NCBI GenBank assembly: GCA_965197885.1
Contig: OZ240231.1
Location: 845,501 to 909,500, forward strand
Reading direction: 5' to 3'
DNA from: Thermodesulfobacteriota bacterium
GTDB lineage: Bacteria > Desulfobacterota_D > UBA1144 > Nemesobacterales > Nemesobacteraceae
DNA: 64,000 bases
Made by a program: the position numbers and the translations under genes. Positions 41,666 through 49,040 of this stretch are shown here, in pieces. Under the pieces are notes generated by a model. The model made no database searches. It saw only the letters and a list, made by a program, of their open reading frames with translations, and was not told the origin of the DNA. Numbering within the stretch: the stretch's first letter is position 1; the number at the start of each line of letters is the position of its first letter.

Positions 41666-41776
41666 GGGAACGGATCTTTAGCTAGATCTTAACGAAGAGC
41701 TGCCGAGTTTTTCTCAGAAGAACATTCTTCTACAGTATAATTTACCGTCATCTCTGAAGCAAAAGCCGATTTCCCA

Positions 41777-42016
41777 ATGGAAATGAGTCGAAGCAAAGAT
41801 ACATCACATCCAATTACTCACTGGTTCAGAAACGACCTCAGACTCTCGGATAATCCGGCGCTCGCAGAGGCAGCGAAATTCACTCGACCCGTAGTGCCGG
41901 TTTACATACTTGAAGACTCGGGGATTTCTTTAGGAAATACATGCCCTTTTCCTATTGTAGATCATATGAATGCTCGAAACCGTGCTCTGGAAATGTTCAA
42001 ACAACTGAGATGTTAA
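41777..42016 (+). pseudogene. phr: remnant of a deoxyribodipyrimidine photolyase/cryptochrome gene (N-terminal ~45 codons only, then divergent tail and stop)
   Basis: ITHWFRNDLRLSDNPALAEAAKFTRPVVPVYILED matches the photolyase N-terminal alpha/beta-domain motif (WFRxDLRLxDNxAL...V.PV.I.D). The ORF is 79 aa against ~470 aa for intact enzymes. Confidence 0.65.
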
Positions 42017-42167
42017 ATGTCTTTATCATTAATCGGTATACAACAAGAATATTTACGTTCAATATAACGGATATTCCTGAAGGCCAAGGCATTAAATCAC
42101 TATGATCGAGTGGTTAAATTCAGAGTAAGATTGATTCAACAATTACTTTTGCCACAATGCCGAACTT

Positions 42168-42195
42168 ATAAAAAAGCCCCCGAATGCGAGGGCTT
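42168..42195 (-). terminator. rho-independent terminator of tracrRNA (8-bp GC-rich stem, CAUU loop, U6 tail)
   Basis: Plus strand has ttataaaaaagcccccgaatgcgagggctt. Only the minus-strand reading has a U-tract. Confidence 0.7.
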
Positions 42196-42285
42196 GGTTC
42201 TCCTTGGAGATTACCTACGAAGCATTTGCTTCTTGTTATGAATAGCAAATTTCGTGGCCTATTCAGTCAGTTATAAACTTTCTGT
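42168..42285 (-). ncRNA. tracrRNA: tracrRNA for the type II-C CRISPR-Cas9 system
   Basis: Anti-repeat at 42233-42284 is complementary, with a 9-nt bulge and a G:U pair, to the minus-strand CRISPR repeat. Downstream on the minus strand come a GAAGCAAAUGCUUC hairpin (42219-42232) and a UCUCCAAGGAGA hairpin, then terminator hairpin AGCCCUCGCAUUCGGGGGCU + U6 (42168-42195). Confidence 0.8.
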
Positions 42286-42290
42286 GATAT

Positions 42291-42318
42291 ATTATACGAC
42301 TTAGATTAGAAAAAGCAA
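42291..42318 (-). promoter_or_regulatory. sigma70-type promoter for tracrRNA (-10 TATAAT 42291-42296, -35 TTGCTT 42313-42318, 16-nt spacer), inside the divergent cas9/tracr control region
   Basis: Minus strand reads TTGCTTtttctaatctaagtcgTATAATatatcac. Predicted TSS ~42284, a few nt before the anti-repeat. Confidence 0.55.
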
Positions 42319-42347
42319 CAAACGGTTGTAACTACGAGGGGTAACCC

Positions 42348-45300
42348 ATGAAGACTAAAGGATACGAATTCGGAGAATACTCAATAGGTTTGGATGTAGG
42401 AACAAATTCGATTGGCTGGAGCGTGATAAAAGAACAAAGCGGCAAACCCCAAGAATTTGTTGATTGCGGGAGCCGTATATTTGTCCGCTCGGTTGAAGAC
42501 AAATCCCCTACTCCGAAAAACAGGAAACGAAGGGAATCACGCCTTCAGAGAAGACAAATACAGCGTCGCAGCAGACGCAAAAACCGCCTCAGGAACTACC
42601 TGATTCTAAAAGGCTTTCTCCCTGAAGTACTAAAAAACAATCCAACTCCTGAGGAAGAACTGAACAAACTTGGAGACCCCTACATTATAAGAGCGAAAGC
42701 ACTGGATGAAGAACTGACTCCTTATGAATTTGGTCGCGCCATACTTCACCTAGGAACGAGAAGAGGGTTTCTGAGCAATCGCAAAACTTCGTTCGGTGAT
42801 CTAGGGAATGATATGAACGCTCGTGAGATACTCGAGAAGGAGGACGAAAGCACGAATGCAAAAGACAAAGAAGAGGGAAAACTCAAAGAAGAAATTGAAA
42901 AACTCAGAGAGAACATAGCCAAAGGCGGCGCGCGCACCTTGGGAGAATACCTTGCTGGGCTTCCGCGCAAGCGAAACAGAGGAGACTTTCATGATCGTCA
43001 TACCGACCGCAGGATGTACAACGAAGAGTTCTCCGAAATATGGAAAAAGCAGTCAGGCTATAACCCCCGACTCCATGATGAGAAAACAAGGAATGAACTC
43101 GAAAAGATCATCTTTTCTCAAAAACCTCTTAAACTAAAGCCGGACCGTGTGGGACGCTGTTCCCTTGAACCTAATCTGTCGCGGACAAGGCAAGGACGTC
43201 TTGAGTTCCAGCGTTTTCGCTACTGGCAGGATATAAATAACCTCTCTTACTATGACCCTGAAACCGGCGAAACGGGAATAGAATTATCAGAGGAGCAAAG
43301 AAAGAAACTCGCCGAAACCTTGGAAACAACAAGAGAGCTTACATGGGCCAAAATCAGGGCCCTGTTGGGATTAAACAAGAAAACGAGTTTCAACCTCCAA
43401 AAAGTTGAAGGCAAGAAAAAAGGTTTGAAAGGAAACCGTACTGCTCACGATATAGACGAGATCATTGGAGACAAGTGGAATTCCCTTAATGAGTCGGAAC
43501 AAGGCTTGCTGGTTGAGGATATCATCTCCTATACATCAAAGAAGGGACTGAAAAAACGTCTCACCAATCACTGGAATTTCTCCGAAGAGGAAGCAACTAG
43601 GCTCGCTGTGATGGAATTGGAAGAAGATCACGCAAGTCTCTCGCTAAAAGCAATAAGAAAAATCCTTCCCCACATGCAAGAAGGGAGAAAGTATAGCTAT
43701 AATCCGGATGATGCAACACAAGATGGCGCAATACAAGCCGCGGGGTACAAGGTTGAACCACCAGAGAGAGGGAATCTCGATATTCTTTCATCTCCACCTT
43801 GGATTCCTAATCCAATAGTTCAGAAAGCCCTTTATGAAATCCGCCGCGTTGTTAATGCGATTATCAGAAAGTACGGAAAGCCATCTGCGATAAGAATAGA
43901 AATGGCCCGTGATCTGGAGATGAACACAAAGAGATATAAGCAGTTTCTCGCGAGACAGAGTGAAAACACAAAAGCAAATCAAGAGGCGGAAGAACAATAT
44001 AGCGTTATCCGGGATAAAAATCCTCATTTGAACCTTCGCAGAAATATAAGCTATCAAGACAAGCTGAAATATAGGCTTTGGAAGGAAAGCGGAAGAAGAT
44101 GTGTTTACAGCGGAAAAAGTATAGGTATGACTGAGCTTTTTACTCATGCGACAGAAGTTGATCATATACTCCCTTACAAAAGTACTCTTGATAATTCATA
44201 CATGAACAAAGTCATTTGTCTTTCCAAAGAGAACAAGGAAAAAAGAGATCGAACTCCCTGGGAAGCGTTCGGCAACACATCCAGATGGGAAGAAATTCTG
44301 ATAATATCAAAGGATTTTCCAGAACCGAAAAGAAAGAGAATTTTAGCCAAAGAACTCCCCGATGATTTCATAAGCAATCAGTTAAATGACACACGTTACA
44401 TATCAAGAGAAACAGCAAAGTATCTAAGGAAACTGGGTTGTGATATAACTTTTACTAAAGGGGGTGTGACAAGCTGGCTACGTCATCAGTGGGGACTCAA
44501 CAGCCTGCTGGGAGGGAGTGAGGAAAAGAGCAGGAACGACCACAGACATCATGCTATTGACGCAACGGTGATTGCCCTTACAAATCGCAGTCTTTACCAG
44601 AAAATCGTTCATTTGGCTTCTGAATCTGAAGATGGTTCCGTATCACCGGAACATGGAATGGAAGTTCCTACACAGATTCCTGAACTTCGTGACGACCTAT
44701 CCGAACGCTTAGATAAATTGATAGTATCGCACTCTACTAACAGGAAACTGGCAGGAGCATTTCACGAAGAAACAGCTTACGGAATAAGAAGAGGGACTGA
44801 CGGAAAGCTTGGAGTTGTAGTCAGGAAAACGCTTACTAGCATGACAGACAGAGATAAAAGAAATATTGTCTGTCCGATAATCAAAAAAGCGGTTGAACTG
44901 TACGTATGGGAACGAGGTGGAAAAATAAAAGAAGCGATGAAGCGGTTACAGGAAGAACCTTTATTGCATCCAAGAACGGGAGATAAGATCCGACGGGTAC
45001 GCGTATGGGTATCAGAGATGCTGAATAGAGATTCCTATTGGGAGCACATAGCTCCGTGGAATAAAGATAAAGTTTTGCGCATTTTACCATATGGAAATAA
45101 TCACCATGTAGAAATATTAAGAAATCGTGAGAATGGAAAATATGGAGCTAAATTCGTAACTACCATGGAAGCCGCAAGAAGGGAAAGAACACTAAAACAA
45201 CCGATTATACAGACAGACCATGGAGAAGATTGGGAATATATAACTTATCTATGTATTAATGATACCGTGAGTATAGAGGAAAACGGAAAAAGGAATTCCT

Positions 45301-45494
45301 ATCGGATTCAAGTACTTGACCCAAACCAAAAAAGAGTAGTTTTAAGGCTTCATACAGCTGCAACATTGGAAAACAGTAACGAGAGAAGACTGAGAACCAT
45401 TTCAGTATTAATGAGAGATTTAGAAATGAGAAAAGAATCGATAGATGTGCTGGGATGTTCTTCTATCTCTAATAAAAGTGGAATGAATGATTAA
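42348..45494 (+). CDS. cas9: CRISPR-associated endonuclease Cas9, type II-C (1048 aa)
   Basis: RuvC-I YSIGLDVGTNSIGWSVI (D16). Arg-rich bridge helix RRESRLQRRQIQRRSRRKNRLRNYL. HNH VDHILPYKSTLDNSYMNKV (His ~606). RuvC-III HHAIDATVIALTN (~734-738). GAGGGG RBS 6 nt before the ATG. Confidence 0.95.
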   Translation: MKTKGYEFGEYSIGLDVGTNSIGWSVIKEQSGKPQEFVDCGSRIFVRSVEDKSPTPKNRKRRESRLQRRQIQRRSRRKNRLRNYLILKGFLPEVLKNNPTPEEELNKLGDPYIIRAKALDEELTPYEFGRAILHLGTRRGFLSNRKTSFGDLGNDMNAREILEKEDESTNAKDKEEGKLKEEIEKLRENIAKGGARTLGEYLAGLPRKRNRGDFHDRHTDRRMYNEEFSEIWKKQSGYNPRLHDEKTRNELEKIIFSQKPLKLKPDRVGRCSLEPNLSRTRQGRLEFQRFRYWQDINNLSYYDPETGETGIELSEEQRKKLAETLETTRELTWAKIRALLGLNKKTSFNLQKVEGKKKGLKGNRTAHDIDEIIGDKWNSLNESEQGLLVEDIISYTSKKGLKKRLTNHWNFSEEEATRLAVMELEEDHASLSLKAIRKILPHMQEGRKYSYNPDDATQDGAIQAAGYKVEPPERGNLDILSSPPWIPNPIVQKALYEIRRVVNAIIRKYGKPSAIRIEMARDLEMNTKRYKQFLARQSENTKANQEAEEQYSVIRDKNPHLNLRRNISYQDKLKYRLWKESGRRCVYSGKSIGMTELFTHATEVDHILPYKSTLDNSYMNKVICLSKENKEKRDRTPWEAFGNTSRWEEILIISKDFPEPKRKRILAKELPDDFISNQLNDTRYISRETAKYLRKLGCDITFTKGGVTSWLRHQWGLNSLLGGSEEKSRNDHRHHAIDATVIALTNRSLYQKIVHLASESEDGSVSPEHGMEVPTQIPELRDDLSERLDKLIVSHSTNRKLAGAFHEETAYGIRRGTDGKLGVVVRKTLTSMTDRDKRNIVCPIIKKAVELYVWERGGKIKEAMKRLQEEPLLHPRTGDKIRRVRVWVSEMLNRDSYWEHIAPWNKDKVLRILPYGNNHHVEILRNRENGKYGAKFVTTMEAARRERTLKQPIIQTDHGEDWEYITYLCINDTVSIEENGKRNSYRIQVLDPNQKRVVLRLHTAATLENSNERRLRTISVLMRDLEMRKESIDVLGCSSISNKSGMND

Positions 45495-46398
45495 ACGCAT
45501 TATTGAGGTCAGCAATCCGTCTTACCTTCATATGAGAGACTACCAAATGATTGTTGAGCAAAAGAAAAATGAGATCGAAAGGATCCCTATTGAAGATATG
45601 GGAGTCTTGATACTATCAAATCCGGCAATAACAATTTCCTCAAGCCTTATAGCATCTTGCCAGCAAAATAATTGCATTATTGTTTTCTGTGACGGCAAAC
45701 ATCTTCCTGTATCTATTCTCCTACCACTATCCGGGAACTCCATGCATAGTAAGATTTTAAATATTCAAACAGGCGTAAAAAAGCCGACAAAAAAACGCCT
45801 GTGGCAAAAAATAATAATCGCAAAAATAGAATCCCAAGCAAAAGTATTGCTCTCTTGCGGTAAAAATGCTTCCGCCCTTGAGTCAATGAAATCACGCGTG
45901 AAAAGCGGTGACCCAGATAATGTTGAGTCTCAAGCTTCAAGGGTTTACTGGCCTCTTATGTTTGGAAAGGATTTCAGGCGGGACCAGAAGGCTGAAGGCA
46001 CGAATTCTTTATTGAACTACGGATATGCTTTGCTGAGAGCCTCCGTTGCTCGTGCGATTTGTGGAACGGGGTTGCACCCCGCTTTAGGAATCCATCATCA
46101 CAATCAGTACAACCCGATGTGCTTAGCTGACGATCTTATGGAACCATTCAGACCTGTTGTTGACAGAAAAGTCTATAAACTATGGGAAAAAGAAATATTT
46201 GTCGTCAGCAAAAAAACAAAATCATTTTTGTTGTCCTTTTTAGCTGAGCCTTTGATATTCAGGGATAAGAAACTCCCGTTTATGGTAGCTTTGCAGTACA
46301 CCGCTACAAGCTTGAAGAAAGCTTTAACTGATGGACCGGAATCCTTAGAAATACCAAGGCTTGCAATCAAAGAACAACAGGAGATGTTTTTGATATAA
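45487..46398 (+). CDS. cas1: CRISPR-associated endonuclease Cas1 (type II)
   Basis: 303 aa. NSLLNYGYALLRASVARAICGTGLHPALGIHHHNQYNPMCLADDLMEPFRPVVD. ATG overlaps the cas9 stop by 8 nt. Confidence 0.93.
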   Translation: MIKRIIEVSNPSYLHMRDYQMIVEQKKNEIERIPIEDMGVLILSNPAITISSSLIASCQQNNCIIVFCDGKHLPVSILLPLSGNSMHSKILNIQTGVKKPTKKRLWQKIIIAKIESQAKVLLSCGKNASALESMKSRVKSGDPDNVESQASRVYWPLMFGKDFRRDQKAEGTNSLLNYGYALLRASVARAICGTGLHPALGIHHHNQYNPMCLADDLMEPFRPVVDRKVYKLWEKEIFVVSKKTKSFLLSFLAEPLIFRDKKLPFMVALQYTATSLKKALTDGPESLEIPRLAIKEQQEMFLI

Positions 46399-46400
46399 AA

Positions 46401-46730
46401 ATGATTTTCGGGGGATATAAAACTTTGTGGGTAATAGTAATGTTTGATCTGCCCACAGATACAAAGGCAGACAGACGCTCTTATACATTATTTCGCAAGT
46501 CTCTTCTTCAAGATGGCTTTTCTATGCTTCAGTTCTCCGTTTATATCAGACATTGCGCTAGTGACGAGAATGCATATGTACATTCGGGAAGAGTTCGTAA
46601 TGCTTTACCACCTAAAGGAGAAGTTAGAATCATTAATGTCACCGATAAGCAGTTTGAAAGAATGCAGGTTTTTTATGGAAAAAAACGAAAGAAAACTGAA
46701 AAGGCTCCCAAGCAAATATCTCTTTTTTAA
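46401..46730 (+). CDS. cas2: CRISPR-associated endoribonuclease Cas2
   Basis: 109 aa. VIVMFDLPTDTKADRRSYTLFRKSLLQDGFSMLQFSVY, a typical Cas2 ferredoxin-like core. Starts 2 nt after the cas1 stop. Confidence 0.9.
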   Translation: MIFGGYKTLWVIVMFDLPTDTKADRRSYTLFRKSLLQDGFSMLQFSVYIRHCASDENAYVHSGRVRNALPPKGEVRIINVTDKQFERMQVFYGKKRKKTEKAPKQISLF

Positions 46731-46780
46731 TATGCTTGGGAGCCTAAATCACCCGCCAACAAGGCACTTTGGCGTGAAGC

Positions 46781-48008
46781 ATTCTAACTGACTGAAAGGC
46801 CCCCGCTATTCACAACACGGAAGCCGAGATAGACTTCGAGCTTTTATTCTAACTGACTGAAAGGCCCCCGCTATTCACAACTGTTCCGCTGTCAGTAGTT
46901 TCCTTAGCTTATTCTAACTGACTGAAAGGCCCCCGCTATTCACAACTCTTTGTTTTATCGGATCCCAGAATCCCACATTCTAACTGACTGAAAGGCCCCC
47001 GCTATTCACAACGGTTATCGATCGGTCCAGGTGGACGATGGTATTCTAACTGACTGAAAGGCCCCCGCTATTCACAACCGTCAGGGCAGAGTCCTCAAGA
47101 ACTATCCATTCTAACTGACTGAAAGGCCCCCGCTATTCACAACTTACGCGTGGAGCATGATGCTGAAGATTCTATTCTAACTGACTGAAAGGCCCCCGCT
47201 ATTCACAACGCTTATAGATGTGGTTAATCCGGCTAACTCATCATTCTAACTGACTGAAAGGCCCCCGCTATTCACAACTATCACCCGGAGTTCCCCCTGT
47301 TTATCCATATTCTAACTGACTGAAAGGCCCCCGCTATTCACAACCGGTTCGGGCGGCAGAGATACGGAGGGGGATTCTAACTGACTGAAAGGCCCCCGCT
47401 ATTCACAACTTAGTATCGAATGATTGAAACTGAACCAAGATTCTAACTGACTGAAAGGCCCCCGCTATTCACAACAGAAAAGGGATAATCCTTATCATGC
47501 CATCGATTCTAACTGACTGAAAGGCCCCCGCTATTCACAACTGAATCTATACGATATTGTGATGGGTTCAAATTCTAACTGACTGAAAGGCCCCCGCTAT
47601 TCACAACAGAAAAGGGATAATCCTTATCATGCCATCGATTCTAACTGACTGAAAGGCCCCCGCTATTCACAACTGAATCTATACGATATTGTGATGGGTT
47701 CAAATTCTAACTGACTGAAAGGCCCCCCCACAACATTCACAACCCTTCTCGGTCCCGGTCCCGTGGCGGGTCCATCCTAACTGACTGAAAGGCCCCCGCT
47801 ATTCACAACCCGCGTGTATCTCTTCCAGAATCGCGCTTAATTCTAACTGACTGAAAGGCCCCCGCTATTCACAACACAGTATGCTTAGTTGCTTCGGGTG
47901 GGAAGGATTCTAACTGACTGAAAGGCCCCCGCTATTCACAACTATAGGCTTCGGATTCATCAACCTGGTCGAATTCTAACTGACTGAAAGGCCCCCGCTA
48001 TTCACAAC
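46781..48008 (-). CRISPR. CRISPR array: 19 direct repeats (36 bp; repeat 15 is a 40-bp variant, repeat 16 has one substitution), 18 spacers of 29-33 bp. Transcribed orientation inferred as minus strand.
   Basis: Plus-strand repeat ATTCTAACTGACTGAAAGGCCCCCGCTATTCACAAC at 46781, 46846, 46911, 46977, 47043, 47108, 47174, 47243, 47309, 47374, 47440, 47506, 47572, 47638, 47704(var), 47774(var), 47840, 47907 and 47973. Minus orientation begins GTTGTG like other II-C repeats and matches the tracr anti-repeat polarity. Confidence 0.97.
47476..47739. repeat. tandem duplication of a 132-bp block (spacer-repeat-spacer-repeat) inside the CRISPR array
   Basis: Spacers at 47476-47505 and 47608-47637 are identical (agaaaagggataatccttatcatgccatcg). 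Spacers at 47542-47571 and 47674-47703 are identical (tgaatctatacgatattgtgatgggttcaa). Confidence 0.9.
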
Positions 48009-48010
48009 GC

Positions 48011-48784
48011 TCAGAAAATCCCGCCTATCGATCTAACAAGACCCGCCTGAAGATGCGGTTTCGCATCCACAAAATCCAAGTTCGCCTTGTTGGCAACGCT
48101 TATAACTCTGGTCCTGTATATTTTCCATTTAACATCATCAGCATGAGAAGTCTGCTTGGTCCGCGTCGCAGTACCTTGAGATGCATCGGTATCTTCGCTC
48201 TGATAAACGAGTTCTCCTTCCCGGGCACGCTCCCTGATCTGAATATCGGTCACCATCGTGAAAAGATCATCCGTCACGAGCGCGTCAAAAATAAATCCTG
48301 CTATTCCGCCGGCGATTCCCCCAAGCACAGTGCCCTTGTTTATCTCATCAACATCTCCGCCTATGGCGCCTCCTATCACAGCTCCGACAACAGCGCCTTC
48401 GACCACACCTTGGTAACCCTCTCCAAGCATGGCATTTGTTTCCTTAAGATTGGTTTTTCCGACCTTGAGTATGTTGGCCTGAAGAATGAAAGTCGCCTCG
48501 GCCGGGTCTTCCGTGACCTTAAAACCGCTAGAGACTATCCTGCCCTTGATTCCGTACTCAATCCCGGGCAGTTCCTTGTCAGTCGTATTTTTTACGTCGA
48601 CGTAAACTACTCTCTCTTCGGGCGACACCGGTTCAAGAAAAATCGTCTCCGACATTTTAGTTTCAACGGTAAGTTTCCTTTTCTCGATAAGGGTCCTAGT
48701 TGCCGCGCAACCGTTTACAAGAAAAACAAAACAGATAGCTATAGCAAAAAACAGATTTTTTTTACAGGCAAGCTCTTTTCTCAT
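48011..48784 (-). CDS. traT: TraT-like outer-membrane lipoprotein (complement-resistance / surface-exclusion protein family)
   Basis: Signal peptide plus lipobox LVNGC. Extended similarity to F-plasmid TraT (KRKLTVETKMSETIFLEP..., ILQANILKVGKTNLKE, glycine-zipper GAVVGAVIGGAIGG, C-terminal YRTRVISVANKANLDFVDAKP). AAAGGAG RBS. Confidence 0.8.
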   Translation of the reverse strand: MRKELACKKNLFFAIAICFVFLVNGCAATRTLIEKRKLTVETKMSETIFLEPVSPEERVVYVDVKNTTDKELPGIEYGIKGRIVSSGFKVTEDPAEATFILQANILKVGKTNLKETNAMLGEGYQGVVEGAVVGAVIGGAIGGDVDEINKGTVLGGIAGGIAGFIFDALVTDDLFTMVTDIQIRERAREGELVYQSEDTDASQGTATRTKQTSHADDVKWKIYRTRVISVANKANLDFVDAKPHLQAGLVRSIGGIF

Positions 48785-49040
48785 TTATCAAAACTCCTTT
48801 GATTTTAGTGTTGGTGGAAAAATTTCCGCCTTCCGAACTAAAATCGTATGTAAAAAAAGAGGAAAAAACAAATGGAAAAAAAGAGTATGAAGGACACGCT
48901 CCACCCAGGCTTCCTTTCTCAGAAATACAAAACAAAGAATCACGCCTTAACCTTTTCTTGAAATGGTGTGAGAACCTTGCCAATGCAAATCAATCTAGTA
49001 TGATTAGCCAATTCTTGACTGCCGGGAGAACCACGTTTTC

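Noticed and set aside
42233-42347. Plus-strand reading of the anti-repeat as a tracrRNA transcribed toward cas9
   Set aside because: On the plus strand the anti-repeat would be followed directly by the cas9 RBS and ATG, with no hairpins or terminator. The minus-strand reading has a TATAAT promoter, two hairpins and a canonical intrinsic terminator, and matches the GTTGTG-first repeat orientation.
42746-43089. Small minus-strand ORFs (61-74 aa) inside cas9
   Set aside because: Antisense to the Lys/Glu-rich cas9 region, no RBS or homology. Considered as possible anti-CRISPR or toxin ORFs but there is no supporting signal.
46444-46791. 115-aa alternative-frame ORF overlapping cas2 and running into the first repeat
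   Set aside because: It is out of frame with a canonical Cas2 that has clear homology. It extends into array DNA, which is not coding.
48053-48802. 249-aa plus-strand ORF covering the traT locus
   Set aside because: The opposite-strand ORF has a lipoprotein signal, lipobox, RBS and extensive TraT similarity. The plus-strand product has none.
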